Source: a virus (lineage: Duplodnaviria; Caudoviricetes). Taken from it: a DNA stretch of 64,000 bases. The stretch spans positions 25,376-89,375 of IMG/VR virus record IMGVR_UViG_2859895461_000003; one strand, 5' to 3'. Of this stretch, positions 29,666 through 40,283 are shown piece by piece. The notes under the pieces are model-generated. The model saw only the letters and a list, made by a program, of their open reading frames with translations. It was not told the DNA's origin and did not search any database. Both the position numbers and the translations under genes were made by a program. How positions within the stretch are numbered: the stretch's first letter is position 1; each line of letters opens with the position of its first letter.

Positions 29666-32007
29666 AATCCATGACTTTAAAAGATTATTTTCAAATACAA
29701 AAACCCATATATAAAATACTTAAACTCACACCAGATACAAGTATAAGGAACTATAATAGTTCTAACATAGCTAAGTCTATTCAATATATGTATAAAACCA
29801 TATCACAAAGGATTCACAGAGAAGAAAAGAAAATCTTTATAGAAGCTCCAGTAAAATGTTCTTATATGATAGATATACAAAAGAATAATGTAGACTTTTA
29901 TTTTGTAATTCCAGAAAGGTACTTAGGACTTATAAAAGAGAAGATTACAGAAACATGGCCAAAGGTTACTATAGAAGAAGTTACACAAATAAAACAATTT
30001 TCATTACAAGCTATTAAATATCAGCTAAATTATTCTAAAGAGGATGCACTTTCTTTAAATATAAATAAAAAATCTAATGAACCTCTAAATTCTATACTTA
30101 ACGTACTAGATGTAATGAAAGAGGGAGATAGGGTAGGAATATTTTATAATTTTATACCCATAGTTCAGAGGGGGTGGAGAAAGGAATATCAGGATACAAT
30201 AGATAAGATTAAAGAAAATAAGCCTATTGATAGAGAAAAGTTTAATATTAAATATATTATAAAAGAAGGAATAATTTTATTAGTTAATCTAGCACAAGAT
30301 CTATTTGATACCATAGGAGAGTTTGTTGGAGTAGAAAAGAAGAAAGAAGCTCCTACATTAGCAGAGATAGCTGTATCTAGTTTAATGTTAGAGGATAAGA
30401 AAAAATTAAGTAGGAATACTGTAAATAAAAAAGATGCTATAGTACTTAATACACAAATGGCTATATTATCGGAGAGTAAAGATTTTAAAAGGCAGGAAAA
30501 TAACGCTGTAGCAGTTCTAGAAGGATACAATACTGTATCAGAAGACAATGAGTTGATATATAAAAAAATACCTAAAAAGAATAATTTTTATATTACGGAT
30601 TTTAAAATAGCAGGTGTGGAAGAAAATAAATTAAGTACAGAAGAATGTCAAAATCTTTTACAACTTCCAGGAAGAGAGCTACTTCAACAACATAAGGTTA
30701 TAGAAAAAATAGATACACTAGAAACAGAAGTTCCAAAAGAACTAAGTGGAGGTAGTAAGTTAATAGGTGTAAATGAATATAAAGGAAATAAACAAAATAC
30801 TTATTTAACTACGGATAAAGATTATAAAAATTTGGCAGTAACAATAGTAGGACCAACTAGAAGTGGAAAAACTTCATTTATGGGTAATATAGCAAGAAAT
30901 AGTATAGATGCAGGAGAATGTATTATAGTTTTAGATTATATAGAAAATTGTTCTTTGAGTGATGATATAAAGAAATGCATTCCACAAGATAAGGTATTAG
31001 AAATTAATCTATATGATCACACTAAACTTCAAGGATTAGGGTATAATGAGGTAATCGCTGTCAGCGATAATACATTTGTACAGTATGAAAGTGCAAAGAA
31101 ACAAACAAGTCAGTTAATTACATTAGTAAACTCTATTAATGTTTCTAATAGTGATTTTACTCCTAAGATGGAGAGATATTTAACTGCAGCTAGTTTAGTT
31201 GCATTTATAAATAATGGAGCTATTAAAGATGTATTTAAAATACTGCAAAATCATAAATTTAGAAAAAAATGTATAGATACCATCCCAGAAAATCAAAGTG
31301 AAAACTTAGAAGAGTACGTAGAATATTTAAGAGAACTAGATGAATGGTCTAAAGGCACTAAGGATAATCCATCACAGATTATAGGAACTCATTCCAGTTA
31401 TATTACTGGTATTATAGATAGGGTACAAAAATTAAAATCTAATACTTATATGGAACTTATGTTGAAAAAAGATTGTAGTGAGAATATTGATTTATTAGAA
31501 GAAATGGAGAAAAATCAGGCTATATTTATAAAAATGCCTGAAAATATGTTTAGCACACCAGAAGAAAGAGATATAATGACTACTTACTGGTTAACTAAGA
31601 TATGGATGTGTGCTCAAGCCAGGGCTTGGAAAATTAAAGATAGGTATGCAAGAAAGACTGTTACTGTATTTACAGATGAAATTGCACAATTAAAAAGTTC
31701 TGAACAATTCATAGGAAATAAGCTAGACCAAACAGCTAAGTTTGGAGTTAAGTTTATACTATCTACTATGTATATAAACCAACTAAGAATTAGAGAAAAA
31801 CTAAGAACTGCAAACACTTCATATATACTTATATCTGGATCAGATAAGATAAATTACATGGAATTAAGGGATGAATTAAATCAATTTGGATATGAGTTAG
31901 AAGATCTTATGAATTTAAAAAGATTCCATTCACTTAACTATGTAAAATATGAAAATGGATACTGGGCAGGTATTACTAAGTTACCTCCTCCAATCAATAA
32001 ATCTTAA
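29629..32007 (+). CDS. VirB4/VirD4/FtsK-HerA-like P-loop ATPase
   Basis: Walker A GPTRSGKT, Walker B VFTDE, AKFG motif. Confidence 0.75.
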   Translation: MGGCCYMFNRKIKSMTLKDYFQIQKPIYKILKLTPDTSIRNYNSSNIAKSIQYMYKTISQRIHREEKKIFIEAPVKCSYMIDIQKNNVDFYFVIPERYLGLIKEKITETWPKVTIEEVTQIKQFSLQAIKYQLNYSKEDALSLNINKKSNEPLNSILNVLDVMKEGDRVGIFYNFIPIVQRGWRKEYQDTIDKIKENKPIDREKFNIKYIIKEGIILLVNLAQDLFDTIGEFVGVEKKKEAPTLAEIAVSSLMLEDKKKLSRNTVNKKDAIVLNTQMAILSESKDFKRQENNAVAVLEGYNTVSEDNELIYKKIPKKNNFYITDFKIAGVEENKLSTEECQNLLQLPGRELLQQHKVIEKIDTLETEVPKELSGGSKLIGVNEYKGNKQNTYLTTDKDYKNLAVTIVGPTRSGKTSFMGNIARNSIDAGECIIVLDYIENCSLSDDIKKCIPQDKVLEINLYDHTKLQGLGYNEVIAVSDNTFVQYESAKKQTSQLITLVNSINVSNSDFTPKMERYLTAASLVAFINNGAIKDVFKILQNHKFRKKCIDTIPENQSENLEEYVEYLRELDEWSKGTKDNPSQIIGTHSSYITGIIDRVQKLKSNTYMELMLKKDCSENIDLLEEMEKNQAIFIKMPENMFSTPEERDIMTTYWLTKIWMCAQARAWKIKDRYARKTVTVFTDEIAQLKSSEQFIGNKLDQTAKFGVKFILSTMYINQLRIREKLRTANTSYILISGSDKINYMELRDELNQFGYELEDLMNLKRFHSLNYVKYENGYWAGITKLPPPINKS

Positions 32008-32072
32008 CACATATTACAATTTATGATAAAATTAAACTTAATATTTGTTTATGAATGAGGGGGATAAATTAA

Positions 32073-32459
32073 ATGAACAGTATAAGTTTTACACTACTAT
32101 GTTCTATGATATCTGGAATTATAGGAGTTATAATATCTAATATATACTATAAAAAATATGAAAAAAAGAAATTAAAGTTTGATGTCTTAAAAAATATAAT
32201 GGGTTATCGTTATATTATGACAACTATGGAACCCACTAAAGAAGATCATTATTTCTTTAGTGCGCTTAATGAAGTATTTATTGTGTATAATGATTGTCCT
32301 CAAGTGATTGAGGCTATAAAGAAATATCATGATAATTTGTCAAATCTAAGTAACTTATTGGATTTAATTAAAAGAATGTGTGACGAACTAAAAATTGATT
32401 ATTCTTTTATTAATGATGAATTTATAAATAAACCATTTAGAACTGGTTCTAAAAAATAA
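32073..32459 (+). CDS. Hypothetical membrane-anchored protein (DUF6680-like)
   Basis: N-terminal TM; ALNEVFIVY motif. Confidence 0.55.
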   Translation: MNSISFTLLCSMISGIIGVIISNIYYKKYEKKKLKFDVLKNIMGYRYIMTTMEPTKEDHYFFSALNEVFIVYNDCPQVIEAIKKYHDNLSNLSNLLDLIKRMCDELKIDYSFINDEFINKPFRTGSKK

Positions 32460-32491
32460 TATAATTAAAATATATTATAAATAGGAGCCAA

Positions 32492-32905
32492 TTAAGGCTC
32501 CTTAGTTGTTAATTGGATTAATTTATTTTTTATTTTGTAATAAGTATCTCTTCTTATAAGCATACCGTTTAGCCAATGATTATACATAGTTTGGTGTACT
32601 TCTAACACTTTACAAATTTCCCTTACAGTTAGATTATTTTTTAAGAGTAAATTTTTTAAAAAAGTTTGGGGATCATTAGATATAAATATATAATAATCAT
32701 CCATAAAAATATTTATATCCATATCTAAAACTTTTGCTATTTTCTCCAACTTTTTTATAGGGGGATAAATTTTATCTGTTTCATACGTGCCTATTGCACT
32801 TTTCTTAGTATTTGTTTGTATACTAAGTTCCTTTTGTGTCAATCCTCTTAATAACCTGTACTTCTTAATTTTTTCTCCTATTGTATTTTCAGGTAGAGGT
32901 GGCAT
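32492..32905 (-). CDS. Double-HTH XRE family regulator
   Basis: TIGEKIKKYRLLRGLTQKEL and a second HTH; frame open upstream to ~32965. Confidence 0.8.
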   Translation of the reverse strand: MPPLPENTIGEKIKKYRLLRGLTQKELSIQTNTKKSAIGTYETDKIYPPIKKLEKIAKVLDMDINIFMDDYYIFISNDPQTFLKNLLLKNNLTVREICKVLEVHQTMYNHWLNGMLIRRDTYYKIKNKLIQLTTKEP

Positions 32906-32960
32906 TTTAGCTATGTATTTAAATGTCGCAAGATTGTCCCACGACCTACGGGAAGTGGTA

Positions 32961-33194
32961 AGTATCTATAAAAGAATGTGCATAATATAATTAATAAATG
33001 TTTAGATTAATTATATAAGATGAATTTAAAATATAAAACAAAAAATATCAATTTAGATAAGTTGATGGAATTTATAGAGAATTAATTTATTTTATGGTAA
33101 TATTTAATGATAAAGTAAAATTTGTTTAAGAGGTCTAAATACATAATGAGTATAGAGCGATATGTATTCAAGAAAAAAGTTGTAAATTTAAAAT
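32961..33194 (+). repeat. Element left end, copy 1
   Basis: AGTATCTATAAAA...GTAAATTTAAAAT, imperfect direct repeat of 46788-47039. Confidence 0.9.
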
Positions 33195-34315
33195 TAAGTA
33201 AAAATATTATTAAAAAAGTTCCATTAGTAATTGTGTATGATAATAGAGATAAAATATATATTGTGCATCCAATATCACAATTTATTTTTGATAATTATTT
33301 TAATAGCAAGTTTAATTCTCAAAGGATGGCAATTGATAAGGTAATTCCATTTTTAAATTATGTAGTAAGTAAAGGGGTTAAATTATCAGAATTGAGATTT
33401 GTTCATGGTGAACGATTTTTGAATAGTTTATCATTAAATGGATTAGCAAAAAATACAGTTAAAAAGTATGAGCAAGTTTTAACTAAATTTTATTATTGGC
33501 TATCAAAAAATAAAATTATAAAAATACAAATTTCTAAATTTATAATTAATGAAAAAGAAAAGTATGTACAATCCCCATTTAAAAAAATAATTTATAATCC
33601 TTCGCTCCCAACTAACAATATTATTCATACAATTAAATTAGAGTTAGTACCTATGTTTTTAGATACTGCTATTAAAGAAACAAATATAATTGCTCTAGGG
33701 GTATATTTTCAATTGTTTGGAGGACTTAGAAAAGGAGCAATAGTAAACTTAAAAAAATCATCAGTTAATTTAATGGGGGTAAACGGAGAATATGGAATAG
33801 AATTAAATATAAAGAAAAATTATTTTAGGAATGATATAGCAGATTCTTCAGGGTCAACAGAAGTAAAGAAACAAAGAAAACAAATAGTATTAAGTGTAGG
33901 AAATAATATACTTACTTATTTATATCAAAACCATATAAATAAGTATACTAATAATAAGACAGACGCGTTATTTAGCAACAATAATGGAAAAGCAATGACA
34001 GGTGCTAGTTATGAATACTATTTTAAAAAATTAAGACAAGCTTTTATACGAAGATTATTAGATAGTGATGATATAAGGTTAAATGGATATGGAAAAGTAC
34101 TATCTACTCAAAAATGGAGTACACATATCGGAAGAGGAATTTTTTCTAATATGGTTGCAGAATATTCAAATGAGTTACAGCTTTCTATAATAAGGGGAGA
34201 TAGTAATGTAAATTCATCACGTATATATGTGGAAAAAAGTGAAAAAGCAATTAATAAGATTAGTGATGCATTGAATAAGATGTATTTTGATGTTATAAAG
34301 GATTTGAAAGAATGA
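33146..34315 (+). CDS. Tyrosine recombinase A
   Basis: GGLRKG, STHIGR, RGDSN..SSRIY catalytic motifs; start moved to ATG 33146. Confidence 0.85.
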   Translation: MSIERYVFKKKVVNLKLSKNIIKKVPLVIVYDNRDKIYIVHPISQFIFDNYFNSKFNSQRMAIDKVIPFLNYVVSKGVKLSELRFVHGERFLNSLSLNGLAKNTVKKYEQVLTKFYYWLSKNKIIKIQISKFIINEKEKYVQSPFKKIIYNPSLPTNNIIHTIKLELVPMFLDTAIKETNIIALGVYFQLFGGLRKGAIVNLKKSSVNLMGVNGEYGIELNIKKNYFRNDIADSSGSTEVKKQRKQIVLSVGNNILTYLYQNHINKYTNNKTDALFSNNNGKAMTGASYEYYFKKLRQAFIRRLLDSDDIRLNGYGKVLSTQKWSTHIGRGIFSNMVAEYSNELQLSIIRGDSNVNSSRIYVEKSEKAINKISDALNKMYFDVIKDLKE

Positions 34316-37300
34316 TGAAAGATAAATACATATCTATAAAAGAGACTCAAGCTATATTAAGTATGTCAGAATTTAAAGTTAGAAACTTAATTAAATATAA
34401 ATATATAAAAGTATACATAATTAATAATAATGAATGTATGTTAAAAAATGAAGTTATAGATTTTAAAAATAAGTATGATTCAACTATAACTCTAGATGAA
34501 ATAAGAGAATATCTATATGAAACAGTATCATTATCTGTAATTAAACACTTTTTAGATAAAAATAACATTAATTATGTTATGAAAGTGGGAAATGGTTTTA
34601 GATATAGTAGAAAAGAAGTTAATGATATTTTTAATAAAGATATATTAATAAATAAAGCTGAAAAAATAAAAAATAAATATATTACATTTAGAGAAGCTTC
34701 AAAAATATTAAATCTATCAAAGAGGCAAATTAGTACATTAGTACAAAATAAGTTCATTTTATATTTTAATAAGTGCTTTGTTGAAGAAGCATATATTTTA
34801 AATATAAAAAAAGAAATGGAAGAAAGTATAAGTATGGAAGAAATATTTGAACAAATAGGTTCTAATTTTTCTTTAAAAAGGATATCCAATATTTTAAAAA
34901 TAAATAAAATAGAACCTGTTTGTAAAATGTTGGGGTATTATAGATATTCTATAAAATCTATAAATAGTATATTTAAGTTAGATAAAATTAAAGGAAAAAA
35001 ATTAGTTAACTTAAAAGAAGCTTGTAACTTAATTGAGTGTGGATATGATCAGGTAATTAAATTTATAAAAGAAAAAAAGTTAAATATAATTTTACGATTT
35101 AATTCAGAAATATTATTCAATAGGGAAGAAGTTTTAATTTTAAAGGATAAAATAAATAATTCTTTAAGCATAAAAGATATATGTAATTTAACAGGATATA
35201 GTGATATTTGGGTAAGAGATAAGTGCCAAGAGATTTATAATTGTAAAAGTAAAGGTGTTAAATGGTTAATAGGATCAGATGACATATTGTATTTTTTAGA
35301 TTCTATTAAATCAAATATAATATTAATGTATGAGTCAATGGTAAAGCTAATAAAATATGATAGTACCATTTTTCATGAAATATTTAATAGTGATAAATTA
35401 ATAAATATAATGAAAAGGTATGGAACTTTAAAGTTAAATTCAAAACGTAAAAAGAAAGTTGAAAGGGTTTTAAGTAAGTATTTTGTAAAAATAGATGAGT
35501 TAAGTGAAGATATTTTATATTATAATATTTTAAATATATCAAAACAATTTATTATAAATTACAATAATGTTTTTTATATAGAAAAGGAAGAATTAAACAA
35601 AAACAAAATGTGGGGAGAGATTAATAGTAAGGAACATTATATAAATTGCACTAATAATGAACAATTATTAAAATATATAGAAAAGTTAAGAGAAATAAAA
35701 CAGAATTATTATAGTATAAATAAAACTAAAAAATTATTAAATAAAACCGAATTAACTATACTTAAGTATATAAAAGAAAATAAGTTTAAGATTATAAAAA
35801 AATGGAATGAAAATTATTATATATGCAAAGAGGAAGTAGATGAGTATATATTAAAATTAAATAAGATTAATGAAAATAAGACTGATAAAATCAAGAAAAA
35901 TTTTAAAATTTATACTGATTTTATAGTTAAAGATGATAAAAGGTATATTTCATCACAAAAGGCATGCACAAAATTGCTTTTAAAATATTCAGCGGTATAT
36001 AGTTTAATTAGTAATAATAAACTTAAAAGTATAATTTTAAATAAAAAATTGTATATAGATGAAGATAGTATGTATGCTTATATAAAAAATAATAATTTAG
36101 ATGATTTTATAAAAAATAATAATTATTATTTAAATGGGAAACAAATATTAGCAAAATATAATTTGAAATCTAATGATATTAATAAGATAATGTTGTCTAG
36201 TCAAATAACTAGAGTAATAAGATATAACGGTATAAGATATATCCATATAAACGAATTAGAAAGCTATTTGAAGTACATGGATGAGTTTAAAAGTAGATAT
36301 TGTTCTTCAAAAAAAGCGGCAAGCATTTTAAATGTAAGTGTAAATACAATAAGAAGATATATAAGAAATTCAATAATTAAAAATAATAAATGTATTAGTG
36401 GAAAATATTATGTTAATATTGAAGAAATATTGGAATTACAAAAAGAAAGAGAGACATCTAAAAATTTAGTTCAAATATTTAAGGATAATATGGATTTGCT
36501 TTTGGAATCAACTCAAAAACATAAATCTATAGAACTAATGATGGAATACTATAATTATAGACTGACAAAGTTAAATAATAATTATGATATAAAAACATTA
36601 AATTCATATGCTTTTCAAACATATAAATACTTGTTAATCAATATTAGGACAAGCATTTTTAATATTAGTTTAAATGATGTTAAATTTATTACAACTACAA
36701 ATATACTTAGTAATCCAGCAACTAAATATTTAATTTGGTTTCTAAACTATGTTATAGAAAAATATAATGATAAAACAAAAATTAAAAAAAAGATAATTTT
36801 TAAAAATAACTATAATAAGATAACAGAATATCCATATAAAGATAATGAATGGGCGGAATTATCTAGTTATATTACTAATGTACATATTCATAAAAATAAA
36901 GCTATTAATAATAAGAAATATGCCAATATATGGTTATATTGTGTTTTTCATTTATCAAATGCATGGAGAGCTTCGGATATTATTAGATTGCCAAATTTAA
37001 ATTTAGGGGTAATTGATTTTGATTATTCTAAAATATTAGTAAGAGATCTAAATATTATAGAAGCTAAAGCTTTATTTGATGATATTAAGAATAAATGTAT
37101 AAACATGAAAATATCTAAAACGTCAGCGAATATTTTATTAATTATGCCTGAAATTTTATTAATTCCTACTATGACAGCTTATTTTATTTGTGAATTACAT
37201 CGCAGAAAAGAACAAAAAGATAGTATTTTTTATTGTTTTAGAAAAGGCAAATATGGTAAGAAGAATGATTATGATAATTTTTTTCATGATAGTAAATTTA

Positions 37301-38076
37301 ATAATTCTTTTAGTAATAGGAGGGCAAATAAGACATTATTAACAAATACAAGAGAGCTTTTTATGAGTAGCCCTGATGATGTATCAGAATCTGTTTATAT
37401 TCCACAAACGCAAAGAGCACATAAATGTATAGATTCTATTAAAAGTTATATAAGCAATAAAGATGCTAATATGTTAGATCAAATTGTAGATAGAGGACAT
37501 TTTGGGTGGTTATATAAGTATTTATTAGGAATAATGTGTGATGAAAACTATAAATACAATACTGTACTGGAAGAAACAAATAATATTGCTTTATTAAAAG
37601 CTATACTTACTCCTAAAAATGTTGAAAGTCTAAGTAAATACTTTTTGAATAGTATTAAAAATAATCAAATAGTAGCAGAGAAAATTTTAAAATGTGATGA
37701 AAAAAAATTAACGGAGAAAATACTTAATGTTTATTTGGGCAAATCTCCTTCCAAAAGTGAATATATAGATTGCTTAAACATTATTCCATGTATGAATCAC
37801 TGTAAGGATGAATGTTTTAATTGTCCTCAAAGTCTACCTAGAATACAGTCTATAGTATCAATAAGCTTGTATATTCACTCAGTAATAGCTAGAATCGATT
37901 GTATTAGCTTTGAGGATGTTAATAATAGAAGAAAGCTATCATCTATTATTATGAAAAACTTACAGCTGTTAAATGAAGCTGTAAGTGAGTTTGGAATGGA
38001 TTATGTTAATAAATTCATAGATATAAAAGATTTAAAAAATAAACTTAATCTAATAAATAAAAAGCTTATTATTTAA
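34312..38076 (+). CDS. Large tyrosine-recombinase-fold protein with tandem excisionase-type HTHs
   Basis: About ten HTH-like repeats in N-terminal ~710 aa; NAWRASD, RAHK..SIKSY; Cys cluster. Confidence 0.7.
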   Translation: MMKDKYISIKETQAILSMSEFKVRNLIKYKYIKVYIINNNECMLKNEVIDFKNKYDSTITLDEIREYLYETVSLSVIKHFLDKNNINYVMKVGNGFRYSRKEVNDIFNKDILINKAEKIKNKYITFREASKILNLSKRQISTLVQNKFILYFNKCFVEEAYILNIKKEMEESISMEEIFEQIGSNFSLKRISNILKINKIEPVCKMLGYYRYSIKSINSIFKLDKIKGKKLVNLKEACNLIECGYDQVIKFIKEKKLNIILRFNSEILFNREEVLILKDKINNSLSIKDICNLTGYSDIWVRDKCQEIYNCKSKGVKWLIGSDDILYFLDSIKSNIILMYESMVKLIKYDSTIFHEIFNSDKLINIMKRYGTLKLNSKRKKKVERVLSKYFVKIDELSEDILYYNILNISKQFIINYNNVFYIEKEELNKNKMWGEINSKEHYINCTNNEQLLKYIEKLREIKQNYYSINKTKKLLNKTELTILKYIKENKFKIIKKWNENYYICKEEVDEYILKLNKINENKTDKIKKNFKIYTDFIVKDDKRYISSQKACTKLLLKYSAVYSLISNNKLKSIILNKKLYIDEDSMYAYIKNNNLDDFIKNNNYYLNGKQILAKYNLKSNDINKIMLSSQITRVIRYNGIRYIHINELESYLKYMDEFKSRYCSSKKAASILNVSVNTIRRYIRNSIIKNNKCISGKYYVNIEEILELQKERETSKNLVQIFKDNMDLLLESTQKHKSIELMMEYYNYRLTKLNNNYDIKTLNSYAFQTYKYLLINIRTSIFNISLNDVKFITTTNILSNPATKYLIWFLNYVIEKYNDKTKIKKKIIFKNNYNKITEYPYKDNEWAELSSYITNVHIHKNKAINNKKYANIWLYCVFHLSNAWRASDIIRLPNLNLGVIDFDYSKILVRDLNIIEAKALFDDIKNKCINMKISKTSANILLIMPEILLIPTMTAYFICELHRRKEQKDSIFYCFRKGKYGKKNDYDNFFHDSKFNNSFSNRRANKTLLTNTRELFMSSPDDVSESVYIPQTQRAHKCIDSIKSYISNKDANMLDQIVDRGHFGWLYKYLLGIMCDENYKYNTVLEETNNIALLKAILTPKNVESLSKYFLNSIKNNQIVAEKILKCDEKKLTEKILNVYLGKSPSKSEYIDCLNIIPCMNHCKDECFNCPQSLPRIQSIVSISLYIHSVIARIDCISFEDVNNRRKLSSIIMKNLQLLNEAVSEFGMDYVNKFIDIKDLKNKLNLINKKLII

Positions 38077-38097
38077 GATAGGAAGGGATTAAATTTA

Positions 38098-39684
38098 TTG
38101 AGTAATAAAATATTAGTAATTAATAAAAATGAAACTGTGTATGATGAAAGTAAAGTTTTATATGAATATGATTTCAACTGGTTAAAGAATAAAAATATTA
38201 TTAAAAATGAAAGTTTTAATGATGAAATTTGGATTATAAAATATTATAATTATAATGCTTATTGCAGGTTTAATAAAGTTAATTATATTAATTTTAAAGA
38301 TGCGTTAAAAGTATTTCTTATAGAAGAATTAAAAAATTATTATGATACGAATTATTCTGTTAAAAATATTAATCTTATTATTAAAATTATAAATTTAACG
38401 GAAGGATTTAATATTAAGTATATAAAATCAATAAAATTAAAATTTGCAAGTAATAAAGTAATATCAAAGAGTGCAATTTCTAATGCATGTGTAAAATTTT
38501 TGAGCTTTTTAAATAAAGCTGAATATGGAGTGTATTTAAATTTTTTTAAACAGTATACCAAAAAAGTTAGTAATATAAGAGAATTGCCTGACTACCAAAG
38601 CATAATAGAATTTGATTATTTACTTGATAAATACTTTTTAGATAGTAAAAATAAAATAAATAAATACTTTCCTATATTATTGTGGTGGAGAATTACATCT
38701 GTTATTCCTATTAGACCTATAGAATTTTTAACTTTAGAAAAAAATTGTTGTTATAAGGAAAATGATGATTATTATATAATTATAAATAGAAGAAATAAGG
38801 ATAAAAATAACAATCAAAATAAAGGTAAACAACAAAAATTAAGGTTAAATAATGAATTGTATATGTTGATAAAAAAATATAATGAAATAGTAGAGTTAAA
38901 TTGCAAAAGCATACAAAATAATAGAAAATATTTATTGTCATATGAATTATATAAGGATAATTTACAAAAACCTAATTTATCTTTAAATTTAAAAAGCAAT
39001 AAGTCTTTTTTAGAAATGAGGCAATTACAAAAGTTATTAACGGATTTTTATGATAAAGTTATATATGCAAAATATAATATGAAAATAAAAAGAATTAAAT
39101 TAGGTGATACAAGGCATCTTGCATTTTGTAATCTTATGTTGCAAGGATTAGATCCTATAACTATTGCTGAAATAGGATTTCATAAAAAATTATCAACGCA
39201 AATAATATATGAAAAGCATTTGGATACTTTTATTTATTCTTATACATATATTTTAGCTAATAAAATAAAAGATATTAAAATAAAATCTAGTCTAGAAGAG
39301 GTTAATAATATCATTAATAGAGATGAAATAATATTAAGAAGTAAATTATTTGGTGACGACAAGGATAAATACATAAAAATAGGAAATGGATATTGTATGG
39401 ATTATAAATTTCCTCTTAACTGTGGGAATATAGACTGTATAGATTGTTCTTATTATATATTAAGTGATATAAATAGTGAAAATATAAAAGATTTAAATAA
39501 GAAGATTAACTCTCAATTGTTGAAAGTAAAAGAAGATTTAATATCTATGCGATATTTAGCTAAGAAGGTTATGTACATAAAAAACAGTGAATTATTTGAA
39601 GAAAATAAAAATAGATTATTATTTATGTCTAATAATTTACAAAGAGAAATTGTTAAAAATGCTAATATGATAGCTCAATTATAG
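38098..39684 (+). CDS. Tyrosine recombinase C
   Basis: IPIRPIEFL, GDTRHLAF, GFHKKLSTQIIY; C-terminal Cys cluster. Confidence 0.8.
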   Translation: MSNKILVINKNETVYDESKVLYEYDFNWLKNKNIIKNESFNDEIWIIKYYNYNAYCRFNKVNYINFKDALKVFLIEELKNYYDTNYSVKNINLIIKIINLTEGFNIKYIKSIKLKFASNKVISKSAISNACVKFLSFLNKAEYGVYLNFFKQYTKKVSNIRELPDYQSIIEFDYLLDKYFLDSKNKINKYFPILLWWRITSVIPIRPIEFLTLEKNCCYKENDDYYIIINRRNKDKNNNQNKGKQQKLRLNNELYMLIKKYNEIVELNCKSIQNNRKYLLSYELYKDNLQKPNLSLNLKSNKSFLEMRQLQKLLTDFYDKVIYAKYNMKIKRIKLGDTRHLAFCNLMLQGLDPITIAEIGFHKKLSTQIIYEKHLDTFIYSYTYILANKIKDIKIKSSLEEVNNIINRDEIILRSKLFGDDKDKYIKIGNGYCMDYKFPLNCGNIDCIDCSYYILSDINSENIKDLNKKINSQLLKVKEDLISMRYLAKKVMYIKNSELFEENKNRLLFMSNNLQREIVKNANMIAQL

Positions 39685-39695
39685 GAGATGATTAT

Positions 39696-40283
39696 ATGAG
39701 TGGAAGGCCTCCAAAATATTCTGATTATGAACTTAAAGATATATTAATGAAAATAGCTTTAAATTATAAGGAAAAAATAACACCATCTTTATTAGAAAAA
39801 AGAACAAACATAAAAAGACATGTATGGCTAAGAAGAATGAGAAAAGAGATAGATTTAGTTAATAAGGGTACTACATTTATTGATAAAGATTCAATTAACA
39901 ACTTACCTTTACCTAATATAGCCAACATTGTGGAAAAATACTATGAAGATAAAGAAAAATTAATAAATGAATTAATTTGGTATAACGAAAAATTACAAGA
40001 TGCTTATAATAAGATCTCCGAAAATGAATCTCTCAAATCAAAAATAATAGACATTGAAAATAAGTTAAAAAATAAGGATTTAAGAATTAAAGAATTAGAA
40101 CAAAAATGTAAATACTTTGAGGAACTATATTTAGTATCAGAAGCTAAGAATAATATGTTTAATGGTATATCTGCACTAGAGTCTAATGGTAAGATAATTG
40201 ATCTAGAAAAGGAAAAGCAAAAACTATCATTAATTGATTTTGAAAATCAATTTCCAGATTTGTTTGATTTAAAAAATAAATAA
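39696..40283 (+). CDS. Recombination accessory protein (GinD/TnpC/Srap-like)
   Basis: GRPPKY HTH-like N-terminus and coiled-coil; fourth gene of operon. Confidence 0.6.
   Translation: MSGRPPKYSDYELKDILMKIALNYKEKITPSLLEKRTNIKRHVWLRRMRKEIDLVNKGTTFIDKDSINNLPLPNIANIVEKYYEDKEKLINELIWYNEKLQDAYNKISENESLKSKIIDIENKLKNKDLRIKELEQKCKYFEELYLVSEAKNNMFNGISALESNGKIIDLEKEKQKLSLIDFENQFPDLFDLKNK

Larger units (their letters stand above)
1..32960 (+). mobile_element. Siphovirus prophage, late module and right-end accessory region (left part outside window)
   Basis: Co-oriented terS-terL-portal-head-tail-TMP-Dit-RBP-holin-endolysin order; right boundary inferred. Confidence 0.9.
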
